A DNA stretch of 64,000 bases from a bacterium (GCA_021787535.1 JAJYLR010000001.1:383687-447686); one strand, 5' to 3'; shown: positions 36,865-45,751, numbered from the stretch's first letter. Translations and numbers: made by a program. The notes: generated by a model from the letters alone, not told the origin.

Positions 36865-38391
36865 ATGGAAAATCAAAAATCAAAATTAAAACATATATTT
36901 AGCGTCCCAACCGATAAGCTCTGGGTTTATCCGATGCTTTTTGGTGTCGTCGCCGCACTTTACAAAATTACAGCCTCAAGCATCTGGCACGATGAAGGCT
37001 ATACTTTGTGGCTGATCCGTTATAACCCCATTCAAATTATAGAGAGAACGGCTCGCGACGTACATCCGCCGCTTTATTACCTCTTAGCTAAAGGATGGAC
37101 GCTTTTATTCGGACGCTCTGAACTCGGGATTCGTTCATTGTCTGCAGTTTTTTTTATCGGTATTATTTATTTTGCATATAAAATTGTAGAAAGACTCTTT
37201 GATCGCAAAGCCGCTTTCTGGGCATCAATGTTTGTGGCATTATCGCCTTTTATGGTGCGCTTTGCTCAAGAATCCAGAATGTATGGTATGGTTGCTTTTC
37301 TGACGACACTCGGCACTTATTTTTTGGTTCGATATTTTAAAGACAAAGATCAAAAATCTCTTATATATTATGCCTTGGCCATGGCGGCAGCCGTCTACAC
37401 CCAGTATTACGCATTTTTTATAGTGGTGGTTCATTGGATTATAGTCGCCGTCATCACCCCAGGATTTTTCCGCTTCAAATGGTCTGATTCTATTAAAAAA
37501 CACTTGGGAATCTTTAATTTCAAATGGCTGGCAGCCGGACTCGCACCTATAATACTTTTTCTTCCCTGGGCTCCGGTTGCTTACAAACAAGTCACAAGAG
37601 TGAGCACGAGCTATTGGATTCGTCCCGAGTGGATTACCATTAAAACTATCCCAAACAGTATCACGGAATTTTTGATTTACATGCACTTGGACGGCCCGGC
37701 ATCCAGCCAGCTTCTGCTTGGCGTATTGTATTGGCTTTTGATTTTAGTTTTAGTCGGTGCCGGTTTTGTTCTATTAGCCAAGAAAAATTACAGGAGAAAA
37801 GTTGGAGCATTCTTGCTTTACGGTTATTTGCCAATGGTTTTGGTTTTCATCCTTTCGAAGATCAGGACACCGGTTTACCAGGACAGATACTTCCCATTCT
37901 CTGCTGTAGCTATTTTAGCGCTTTGGGGTATTGGGATTGCGGCAGTGAAAAATAAAACTATTAGAATAGCAGTAGGAGCAATAGCCATTATTGTTTTAAT
38001 TGGCGGCAATTTTGAAATGCATGCTGCTACCAACCACCAAATGAAAGCCCTGTCAGAAGCGGTAAAGAAACAAATGAAACCCGGTGATATTGTGCTTTCA
38101 GGCGAGCTCTATACATTTCTGGACGGATCATATTATTTCGGAGATAAAAATATCAGATTAATCTCAAATCCTGTCGACGGCTATGGTGAAAGTTCGCTTT
38201 TTTATGACCAGCAGGGCAGCTATGTGGTATCGCAGAACGAAGAATTGGCTCTTAGCGCTAGTCATAGAATCTTTATCATTGGCAAGACCGGTGATAAGCC
38301 GTATTTTTCAAATTGTTTGGTAAACAAAAAAAGCAAAGTTATTTATGAAGAAAACAACGATGATGGTCTCAAGGCAGTACTGTATGAATGA
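36865..38391 (+). CDS. GT-C (PMT_2-like) membrane glycosyltransferase
   Basis: SIWHDE, DVHPPLYY, QESRMY, multi-TM. Confidence 0.88.
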   Translation: MENQKSKLKHIFSVPTDKLWVYPMLFGVVAALYKITASSIWHDEGYTLWLIRYNPIQIIERTARDVHPPLYYLLAKGWTLLFGRSELGIRSLSAVFFIGIIYFAYKIVERLFDRKAAFWASMFVALSPFMVRFAQESRMYGMVAFLTTLGTYFLVRYFKDKDQKSLIYYALAMAAAVYTQYYAFFIVVVHWIIVAVITPGFFRFKWSDSIKKHLGIFNFKWLAAGLAPIILFLPWAPVAYKQVTRVSTSYWIRPEWITIKTIPNSITEFLIYMHLDGPASSQLLLGVLYWLLILVLVGAGFVLLAKKNYRRKVGAFLLYGYLPMVLVFILSKIRTPVYQDRYFPFSAVAILALWGIGIAAVKNKTIRIAVGAIAIIVLIGGNFEMHAATNHQMKALSEAVKKQMKPGDIVLSGELYTFLDGSYYFGDKNIRLISNPVDGYGESSLFYDQQGSYVVSQNEELALSASHRIFIIGKTGDKPYFSNCLVNKKSKVIYEENNDDGLKAVLYE

Positions 38392-38486
38392 CCAATTACC
38401 AATATCCAATGACCAATCAAATTCCAATTAGTAATTTAGAAATTCTCCCATTTATTGGAAATTGGGACTTGAAAATTGAAAATTTG
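38387..38486. repeat. 7-bp tandem repeats arranged as an inverted array
   Basis: aatgacc aattacc aatatcc aatgacc aat ... ttggaaa ttgggac ttgaaaa ttgaaaa ttt. Confidence 0.75.
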
Positions 38487-38564
38487 GCGTACTAAATTAC
38501 GCTTTATCTTAAGTCAAAAGAATGTTATCCTAAAAAAAGATTTAACTTAAAAAGGAGATTAGAT

Positions 38565-38855
38565 ATGGCTATGTTTGGAAAAGCCAAGGAGCAATATGAG
38601 TTTGTCAAAAAGGCGCGTGAGATACAAAAGAAGCTGCGGGCTGAGATCGTCGAGGGCGCATCGGGCAATGTCACGGTTAAAATGAACGGTGAAATGAAAG
38701 TACAGTCAGTTAGTATTGACGCCGAAACAATCGATGATGTCGGCCAGCTTGAGCGCGATGTACAGTCAGCTGTAGAAAGCGCTACTGAAAAAGCCCAAAA
38801 AATCGCCCAAAATATGATGAAAGATGTTATGGGCGGCGGCGGAATGCCATTTTAA
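38565..38855 (+). CDS. ybaB: YbaB/EbfC nucleoid-associated protein
   Basis: G-x-VTVKMNG-x-x-x-V-x-x-VSID; directly 5' of recR. Confidence 0.9.
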   Translation: MAMFGKAKEQYEFVKKAREIQKKLRAEIVEGASGNVTVKMNGEMKVQSVSIDAETIDDVGQLERDVQSAVESATEKAQKIAQNMMKDVMGGGGMPF

Positions 38856-38868
38856 CCATCCCAGCCCT

Positions 38869-38934
38869 GTCCTTCCCGCGAAAGCGGGAATCCAGACAAT
38901 TAACGATTTAGATTTCCGACCAAGTCGGGAATGG
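38869..38934. repeat. Inverted pair of REP/dRS3-like palindromes
   Basis: GTCCTTCCCGCGAAAGCGGGAATC (38869-38892) and GATTTCCGACCAAGTCGGGAATGG (38911-38934). Confidence 0.8.
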
Positions 38935-38944
38935 TATATATGAT

Positions 38945-39544
38945 ATGAAAATAATTCCACAAAATGTTCAAAACCTTATAGATGAATTTTCGCGACTCCC
39001 CGGTATCGGGCCGAAAACGGCCGAGCGGCTAACTTTTTATTTGCTTCGAAGTTCTGAAAAAGACTTAAATTCTTTGGGTAATGCGGTTTTAGATTTAAAA
39101 AAAGACTTAAAAACCTGTTCGATCTGTTCAAATATCGCGGAAAACGATCCATGTTATATTTGTGATGATTCACAGCGTGAAAATACCTGTATCTGCGTTG
39201 TCGAAGAGCCGCTTGATGTGGTAGCCATCGAAAAAACAGGTAAATTCCAAGGTCTATATCATGTTCTTGGCGGGGTGATCTCACCGATTGAGGGAGTAGG
39301 CCCTGAAGATCTTTTTATCAAAGAATTAGTCCAGAGAACCAAGTCAGGTGAAATTGAAGAGATTATTTTAGCAACGAACCCAAGTATCGAGGGTGAAGCA
39401 ACTGCTTTATATATTCAAAAGCTACTAGCTCCTCTAAACATTAAGATCACCCGCATAGCCCGAGGGCTTCCCGTCGGAGGAGATCTCGAATATGCTGACG
39501 AGGTAACATTATCTAGAGCGATAGAAGGAAGGTTGGATTATTAA
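38945..39544 (+). CDS. recR: Recombination mediator RecR
   Basis: LPGIGPKTAER, C4 zinc finger, YHVLGG, EGEATA, IARGLPVGGDLEYAD. Confidence 0.98.
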   Translation: MKIIPQNVQNLIDEFSRLPGIGPKTAERLTFYLLRSSEKDLNSLGNAVLDLKKDLKTCSICSNIAENDPCYICDDSQRENTCICVVEEPLDVVAIEKTGKFQGLYHVLGGVISPIEGVGPEDLFIKELVQRTKSGEIEEIILATNPSIEGEATALYIQKLLAPLNIKITRIARGLPVGGDLEYADEVTLSRAIEGRLDY

Positions 39545-39545
39545 A

Positions 39546-39992
39546 ATGGAAATTTTATTAAAATACACTTACCTTCTCGAGCCAAAAGAAGTTGAGCAAG
39601 AACTCGAAAATCTTTGGAAAAGATATGAAGAAATTTTAGCAAAACCTACCTGGGAAAATTTGAACGAAGCCCGTGCAATACTATATCTGGTCGGTATAAT
39701 TTATCTCGAGCAAATTGCGCCGGATGCAATAGAAAGAAGACTCCATTTACTTAAAAAACCTATCACTATTTTACAATTTTTCACGATTATCGATTCCAGA
39801 TCAGAAAAACTGAATGAATATAGGAAAGATCGATTGTTTAGAGATCTTGAAAAATTCTACCTGATTCTAAAGAAAAATAAGAACAGATTTGTCGGCGGGA
39901 AGCACTACATGAACGAGGAAAAATTTATTAACCTTTATAATAAATATAATCCAGATCAAGAACTCAAAATCAGAGCAAAAGGTAGATACTAA
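39546..39992 (+). CDS. Hypothetical protein
   Basis: 148-aa helical ORF starting 1 nt after recR stop. Confidence 0.75.
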   Translation: MEILLKYTYLLEPKEVEQELENLWKRYEEILAKPTWENLNEARAILYLVGIIYLEQIAPDAIERRLHLLKKPITILQFFTIIDSRSEKLNEYRKDRLFRDLEKFYLILKKNKNRFVGGKHYMNEEKFINLYNKYNPDQELKIRAKGRY

Positions 39993-40052
39993 AACCTTCC
40001 ATTTTAGGCCCGAAGAAGCTAAAATATAAGCGTTTTATTTTTGAGGTGGTTT

Positions 40053-41801
40053 ATGAAAGATTTATGGAGAATATTTAAGTTAGCTTCCGCAAAGAAAAAA
40101 CTGACTGTACTGATATTTCTTACAGCAATACTCCAAATGATAGTGGAGGCGCTTTTTCCTATTTCCTTAAAGCTAATTTTTGACCTCCTGCAAAACCAGT
40201 TCCGAACCGGTTCCACGCATATCAACTTTAATATTTTCATTTTACTTATCGGCTTTTATGCATTTCTTGTGATTATACAGATCTTAACACGTCTCTGGGA
40301 CGCTTACTATGAATCAAAATGGTGGATAGAAACTAGAAATATAGTCTCCCTGAAAATTTTTCATCACTTAGAAAATCTATCTATATCGTTTTGGGAAAAA
40401 ACTTCTACCGGAAAAATAGTGGAAAAAATCGCAGGCGGAGTAAATGATATGCAAGGCATTATGGAAGACGTCTTACAGGAAATCTTCCCGCAATTTATAT
40501 ATATCATCTTCGCACTAGTGGTTTTAATGTGGGTCAGCTGGATCTTTGGATTGATAATCCTAGTGGGAGTACCTATTTTCGTCATTACAAGTATTAAGTT
40601 TACCAAACCTCTGAATACTCTTCAAGATGAGGTAAGAGATGAGTTTGAGAAAGCTGGGAAAGTCAGAGTTGAAACGTTCACTAATATTAAAACTGTCAAA
40701 TCCTTTGCAACAGAACTCAGACATGCGCGTGAACTGCAAAAAGCATTGGAGAAATCTAAAAGCAAGGCATTAAAACGAATGAAACTTTATGTGAGAATGA
40801 ATATCATCAGATTTGGTATTATGAACGGATCAAGGATCGCAATGCTTACAGTCGGCGTTTACTGGGTATCTCAGGGGAAAATTACTGTAGGTACTTTAGT
40901 GATGATCTGGAGTTATATCACCGGTATTTACTCGCCGCTTTGGACTCTAAGCAGAATCTACGATCGTATACAGCAAGATTTAAGAAGTATAAGAAGGATT
41001 TTTGAGATATTAGATACCGTACCGGAAATTCAGGACATGAAAGGCGCATATAATTTAGAAAAAATAAAAGGAAGCATCAAACTTGAAGATTTAAAATTTA
41101 GGTATAAAAACCGTAATGTTATAAATGGTATTGACCTTGAAATCCCAGAGGGAAAAGTTATGGCTGTGGTTGGCAAAAGCGGTGTTGGGAAATCCACATT
41201 AGTAAAATTACTTTTAAGGTTCTATGATCCTCAGGAAGGTAAAATCTTAGTTGATGGATATGATATTAAGGACGTTACTCAAAAATCGTTGCGCGAAAAC
41301 ATCGGTGTGGTTTTGCAAGACACAGCGATATTTAACGATACTGCATACAACAATATTGCCTATGCTAATCCTAAAACCAGCAAGAATGAAGTTCTAAAGG
41401 CCGCAAAAACTGCCCATGCACATGATTTTGTCAAGAATCTTCCGGAAGGATATGATACTATTGTTGGTGAAAGAGGAGTAAAGCTGTCTGGCGGCGAACA
41501 GCAGAGAATAAATATTGCCCGTGCAATTCTGAAAAATCCTCCTATTCTGATCCTAGATGAAGCCACATCTCATCTTGATTCAGAAAGCGAAAAACTAATA
41601 CAAGATGCTCTGTGGAAACTGATCAAAGGCAGAACATCTATCATTATTGCCCATCGGCTCTCAACCATCATGAAGGCGGATTTAATAGTAGTACTCGATA
41701 AGGGTAAAATAGCAGAAATAGGCACACATGACGAACTAGTGAGACACGAGGGAATATATAATAAGCTGTTTAAAATCCAGTCGGGAAGTTATTTAAAATA
41801 G
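40053..41801 (+). CDS. ABC exporter, fused permease-ATPase (MsbA/MdlB-like)
   Basis: TM domain, GKSGVGKST, LSGGEQQR, ILDEATS, IAHRLST; ATG 40053 follows GAGGTG. Confidence 0.93.
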   Translation: MKDLWRIFKLASAKKKLTVLIFLTAILQMIVEALFPISLKLIFDLLQNQFRTGSTHINFNIFILLIGFYAFLVIIQILTRLWDAYYESKWWIETRNIVSLKIFHHLENLSISFWEKTSTGKIVEKIAGGVNDMQGIMEDVLQEIFPQFIYIIFALVVLMWVSWIFGLIILVGVPIFVITSIKFTKPLNTLQDEVRDEFEKAGKVRVETFTNIKTVKSFATELRHARELQKALEKSKSKALKRMKLYVRMNIIRFGIMNGSRIAMLTVGVYWVSQGKITVGTLVMIWSYITGIYSPLWTLSRIYDRIQQDLRSIRRIFEILDTVPEIQDMKGAYNLEKIKGSIKLEDLKFRYKNRNVINGIDLEIPEGKVMAVVGKSGVGKSTLVKLLLRFYDPQEGKILVDGYDIKDVTQKSLRENIGVVLQDTAIFNDTAYNNIAYANPKTSKNEVLKAAKTAHAHDFVKNLPEGYDTIVGERGVKLSGGEQQRINIARAILKNPPILILDEATSHLDSESEKLIQDALWKLIKGRTSIIIAHRLSTIMKADLIVVLDKGKIAEIGTHDELVRHEGIYNKLFKIQSGSYLK

Positions 41802-41823
41802 TCATTCTGGCTTGTCCAGAATC
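41801..41823 (+). repeat. REP/dRS3-like palindrome, 23 nt
   Basis: GTCATTCTGGCTTGTCCAGAATC identical to 63862-63884. Confidence 0.9.
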
Positions 41824-41834
41824 AAAGACAAACA

Positions 41835-43190
41835 ATGAGTCTAAAGCTATACAACACATTAACTCGTAAAAAAGAGAAGTTCGAATCGCTTCATGATAAA
41901 GAAGTCGGCATCTATACCTGCGGCCCCACGGTGTATAACTACGCGCATATCGGCAATATGCGAGCTTATATTTTTGCTGACATCTTGGTGCGTTACCTAA
42001 AATATTCGGGCTACACAGTTAAACATGTGATGAATATTACAGATGTCGGACATCTAACCTCGGATAGTGACACAGGCGAAGATAAGGTTGAAAAGGAGGC
42101 AAAACTTGAGCGGAAAACGGCTTGGGAAGTAGCTAAAAAGTATGAAAAAGCATTCTTTGAGGATGAAAAAGCGTTGAACATCAAGAGGCCGGATACCGTT
42201 GTTAAGGCGACAGATCTGATTCAGGACCAAATTGGCTTTATTAAAAAACTGGAAGAAAAAGGATTTACCTACAAACTTGATGACGGCATTTATTTTGATA
42301 CCTCAAAGCTTGATGATTATGGAAAATTAGCCCGACTTGATGTCGAGGGTTTGAGAGCAGGCGAAAGAGTAGTTATAAAAGGAAAGAAACACAAAACCGA
42401 CTTTGCTCTTTGGAAATTCTCGCCAAAAGACAAAAAAAGAGACATGGAGTGGGATTCGCCATGGGGTAAGGGCTTTCCCGGCTGGCATATCGAGTGTTCT
42501 GCTATAGGCCTTAAATATCTGGGCGAACAGTTTGATATTCATACGGGTGGCATAGATCACATTCCCGTACATCACACAAATGAAATCGCACAAGGCGAGG
42601 CACTGACGGGGAAGATACCGGCAAAAATCTGGATGCATAGCGAGTTTTTGCGAATTGGTGACTCAAAAATGGCCAAATCCGAAGGCAATATTGTTCGTGT
42701 AACAGATTTAGGCGTTGAACCTCTTGCATACCGAATGCTGGTTTTGCAATCACATTATCGTGATCCTTTGAATTTTACAGATAAGTCAGTCAGAGCAGCG
42801 AATACAGCGCTTAAAAACCTAAGGAATGATATTTTAGAATTAAAGAAGTTTGATAAGGCGGCTGCTGATATCTATCAGTTTCAAGATGCGATGAATGATG
42901 ATCTAAATACTGCCAAAGCCTTGGCGTCAATATATTCCTTGATAAAAGAAGCAAAGAAGAACAGGCAAAATACAACTCAAGATATACTAGATTTAGATAA
43001 GCGGGTTTTGGGGCTTGATTTAGAGAGAGAAGAAAGCATTCCTGAAAATGTTCAAGAATTAGCCGAAGATAGGGAAAAAGCGAGGAAGGAAAAAAATTGG
43101 GCAGAGTCCGATAGAATACGCGATGAAATTGGAAAACTAGGTTTCATGGTTGAAGATACTGAAGAGGGTTCAAGGATTACAAAAAAGTAA
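41835..43190 (+). CDS. cysS: Cysteinyl-tRNA synthetase
   Basis: YTCGPTVY, HIGN, PGWHIECS, HHTNEIAQ, KMAKS. Confidence 0.97.
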   Translation: MSLKLYNTLTRKKEKFESLHDKEVGIYTCGPTVYNYAHIGNMRAYIFADILVRYLKYSGYTVKHVMNITDVGHLTSDSDTGEDKVEKEAKLERKTAWEVAKKYEKAFFEDEKALNIKRPDTVVKATDLIQDQIGFIKKLEEKGFTYKLDDGIYFDTSKLDDYGKLARLDVEGLRAGERVVIKGKKHKTDFALWKFSPKDKKRDMEWDSPWGKGFPGWHIECSAIGLKYLGEQFDIHTGGIDHIPVHHTNEIAQGEALTGKIPAKIWMHSEFLRIGDSKMAKSEGNIVRVTDLGVEPLAYRMLVLQSHYRDPLNFTDKSVRAANTALKNLRNDILELKKFDKAAADIYQFQDAMNDDLNTAKALASIYSLIKEAKKNRQNTTQDILDLDKRVLGLDLEREESIPENVQELAEDREKARKEKNWAESDRIRDEIGKLGFMVEDTEEGSRITKK

Positions 43191-43191
43191 C

Positions 43192-44067
43192 ATGACCCAA
43201 AACGACATAGAATCAATAATCCGAACTAAAGATAAGATTCTGGCAGTATATCCTTTTTTAACGAGGAAGGAAAAGGATACTTTTATTAATCTTGCCGAAA
43301 AAGAGATGAGTCAAGCAAAGGAAGCCAAGAAAACAGTAAGGGGACTTCTAGAACTCTTGAATAATCCTCATGCCGAAATTATCGAATATAAGGTTTATGG
43401 CAAAGATTTCAAAAAAAAGTTTATAACAGAGATGTCTCCATCTTTTCGAATTAACGATCGCGTACTTTTTATAAAAATTCCCTCTTGGTCAACTATGCTT
43501 AGCGGGATAGACGAAAAGTTAAAGGATTATTGTTTCAAGAATATTGAAAAATATGATGGTATTATTATTGATGTCAGAGAAAATCAAGGAGGGAGTTCGA
43601 GTATTGCCCATGGTTTTGCGGGGATTTTTTTCAAGAAAAGTGTAATTTATGGAAAATTCACCAGAGTTGGCTCAAAAGGAAATCTCAAAACTAGCGCTGA
43701 TAAACTAAATCCTGACAAAAATATTTATATTGAAAAACCCATTGTGATTTTAATATCTAATAGGTGCTTTAGCTCAAACGAACTCTTTTTAGCGCCATTT
43801 AAGGTGTCAAAGAGGGCGATCTTAATTGGTGAGCCTACGCGGGGAGGCAGTGCAAATCCAGTGATGGAAGTTATTGAACCCCAAAAAGGTGCTAAGTTTG
43901 GAGCTCGTATTCCAACATATAGATTCTTCTTGAAAGGAGAAAAGGAGCCAATCGAAAAGACTAAAATTCATCCGGATATTATCTATAAAAAGAAGGATAT
44001 TGAAGAATTTGCTAAAGGATATCTCAAGAAAGAGATTATAGTTAAAACCGGCACTAAACCATTATGA
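43192..44067 (+). CDS. S41 family peptidase without PDZ or signal peptide
   Basis: IIDVRENQGG, CFSSNELF, GEPTRGG; ATG 43192 follows cysS stop. Confidence 0.8.
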   Translation: MTQNDIESIIRTKDKILAVYPFLTRKEKDTFINLAEKEMSQAKEAKKTVRGLLELLNNPHAEIIEYKVYGKDFKKKFITEMSPSFRINDRVLFIKIPSWSTMLSGIDEKLKDYCFKNIEKYDGIIIDVRENQGGSSSIAHGFAGIFFKKSVIYGKFTRVGSKGNLKTSADKLNPDKNIYIEKPIVILISNRCFSSNELFLAPFKVSKRAILIGEPTRGGSANPVMEVIEPQKGAKFGARIPTYRFFLKGEKEPIEKTKIHPDIIYKKKDIEEFAKGYLKKEIIVKTGTKPL

Positions 44068-45029
44068 GTAAGTTTAGTTGGAATAAACTCAATAAACCTT
44101 TTTTTGTAATGGCGCCGATGGATGGGATTACTTCATCTCCTTTTCGGCGGGTGGTGAAAAGGTGCGGCGCAGATGTGGTCTTCTCTGAAATGATTGCGGC
44201 GGAAGCGGTTTATTATAAATCAAAGAAAACGCTTGCCATGATGAACTTTCATGAAGAGGAACGTCCCTATATTGTCCAAATTTTCGGCAAAGATACAGAG
44301 AAGATGGTGGGAGCGGTGCAGTATATCGAAAAGGAAGTTAAACCCGACGGCATAGACATAAACATGGGTTGTCCGGCCAAGAAAGTTGTCTCCGGCGGAC
44401 GCGGATCGGCGCTTTTGCTCGATCCTGAAAAAGCGGTCGAAATAGTCAGAACTGTGCGAAGTGCCACAAAGCTGCCTTTATCAGTTAAAACTCGCATCGG
44501 TTGGGAAAAGTTTAATATCCAGCCGCTTGTCAAAGAGTTCGAGAATGCTGGCATTGATGCGCTGACAATTCATGGCAGGACAAAGACGCAAGGTTTTGCC
44601 GGAGAGCCGGACTTAGATGCACTTAAGGAAATTAAGAAATTAGTCAAAATACCTGTTATCGGAAATGGGGGAATTAACTCGGTGGAAGATGCGCAAAAAA
44701 TGCTCAGCTTCACCGGCTGCGATGGCATAATGGTCGCCCGCGGCGCCCTCGGAAATCCCTGGATATTTAAGTCATTACATTTTCTTCGTCATTCTGGCTC
44801 AGTCCAGAATCTTGACTACAAACCCAACTTTGAAGAAATACGAAATCTAGCCCTTTTGCACCTGCAAATGAATATTGAGGAGTTTGGCCCCAAAAAAGGC
44901 ATTTTTGACATGCGAAAACATTACGGCTGGTATTTCAAGGGCTTTCCCGGTGCTAGCGAACTGCGCAAAAAACTTGTTCTTGCTGAAACAAAGAATGAGA
45001 TAAGATCGATCATAGAAAAAATGGGGTAA
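44064..45029 (+). CDS. dusB: tRNA dihydrouridine synthase
   Basis: MAPMDGIT, DINMGCPAKKV, SVKTRIG, TIHGRT, GNGGI, RGALGNPW. Confidence 0.93.
   Translation: MSKFSWNKLNKPFFVMAPMDGITSSPFRRVVKRCGADVVFSEMIAAEAVYYKSKKTLAMMNFHEEERPYIVQIFGKDTEKMVGAVQYIEKEVKPDGIDINMGCPAKKVVSGGRGSALLLDPEKAVEIVRTVRSATKLPLSVKTRIGWEKFNIQPLVKEFENAGIDALTIHGRTKTQGFAGEPDLDALKEIKKLVKIPVIGNGGINSVEDAQKMLSFTGCDGIMVARGALGNPWIFKSLHFLRHSGSVQNLDYKPNFEEIRNLALLHLQMNIEEFGPKKGIFDMRKHYGWYFKGFPGASELRKKLVLAETKNEIRSIIEKMG
44788..44811 (+). repeat. 24-nt palindrome copy inside dusB coding sequence
   Basis: GTCATTCTGGCTCAGTCCAGAATC vs intergenic GTCATTCTGGCTTGTCCAGAATC; read as RHSGSVQNL. Confidence 0.8.
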
Positions 45030-45048
45030 ACCTGCATTACCCCATTTT
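45017..45048. terminator. Bidirectional terminator between dusB and convergent ORF
   Basis: AAAATGGGGTAA-loop-TTACCCCATTTT. Confidence 0.75.
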
Positions 45049-45056
45049 AGGTTCTT

Positions 45057-45362
45057 TTATACTATGGCGTATTCGAGGGGCGTCACTTGCTCAAGCGCGT
45101 CAAGTTCCGCCTGGACATCTTTCTGGCTTGTTACACCTAAAACTGCATCCGGCGCAAAAACTTTTCTAGTGCCGTTTTTGGCCCGAATCATTACTGAACC
45201 ATCACCGCCTTTTAAGCTTACACTTTTGACAGGAAAAATCATTTTGACAACTCTCGGCGTTTCAACGACCCTCTTATTTGCAGCTCTCATCTTGACCTTC
45301 TGCGGAATGCTGGTACCTCCTCTTAATCTCACCTCAATATGCGCTGCATCGATTTGCGCCAT
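45057..45362 (-). CDS. Hypothetical 101-aa basic beta-rich protein
   Basis: ATG 45362 preceded by AAGGGGTGA; ends at terminator. Confidence 0.7.
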   Translation of the reverse strand: MAQIDAAHIEVRLRGGTSIPQKVKMRAANKRVVETPRVVKMIFPVKSVSLKGGDGSVMIRAKNGTRKVFAPDAVLGVTSQKDVQAELDALEQVTPLEYAIV

Positions 45363-45550
45363 AAAATCACCCCTTCTGATATTATGGCTTGATAAAAAGA
45401 ACCTTTTAATAATATTGTAACTGTTAATCAATAATGGTCAAGGTTATATTTGATAAATTTAAGTCAATAAGATCGAAAGCTACCAAAGGAAGTTTGTTTT
45501 AAAATCTGCATCCGCATACCGCAAATTATAAAATCCGCTTATACTCAATC

Positions 45551-45579
45551 TTGAGCAACGGGGTTAAAAATGGTAAAAT
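45551..45579 (+). promoter_or_regulatory. Promoter of the nested tRNA unit
   Basis: TTGAGC-17 nt-TAAAAT, 11 nt before the outer tRNA-like 5' end. Confidence 0.65.
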
Positions 45580-45590
45580 ATTACGGTCGA

Positions 45591-45751
45591 TCAGAGATCG
45601 TCTAACGGTAGGACGACAGGCGGCGCCTGTCCCGCATAATGCTCCCGGGTCGGCTAATGGTAGGCCGCAAGGTTCTGGCCCTTGTAATCTTGGTTCGAGT
45701 CCAAGCCCGGGAGCCACATAGTGCGAGGTGCAAGTCCTGATTTCCGAGCCA
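45591..45751 (+). ncRNA. Outer degenerate tRNA-Gln-like cloverleaf enclosing the intact tRNA
   Basis: TCAGAGA/TTTCCGA acceptor (one mismatch) + G-CCA; D-arm GTCT-AACGGTA-GGAC; ACAGG/CCTGT stem; AGG-TGCAAGT-CCT T-arm. Confidence 0.7.
45643..45716 (+). tRNA. tRNA-Gln (anticodon CTG)
   Basis: TCCCGGG/CCCGGGA acceptor, GGCT-AATGGTA-GGCC D-arm, CAAGG-TTCTGGC-CCTTG anticodon arm, CTTGG-TTCGAGT-CCAAG T-arm, G discriminator, encoded CCA. Confidence 0.96.

Noticed and set aside
45615-45631. Reading the outer tRNA as tRNA-Ala(GGC)
   Set aside because: Requires a shifted stem, has no U33 or purine-37 context and lacks the G3-U70 pair; the loop more likely collapses into a 7-bp hairpin
45526-45717. 63-aa minus-strand ORF (MAPGLGLEPRLQGPEP...)
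   Set aside because: Typical translation of the reverse complement of a tRNA
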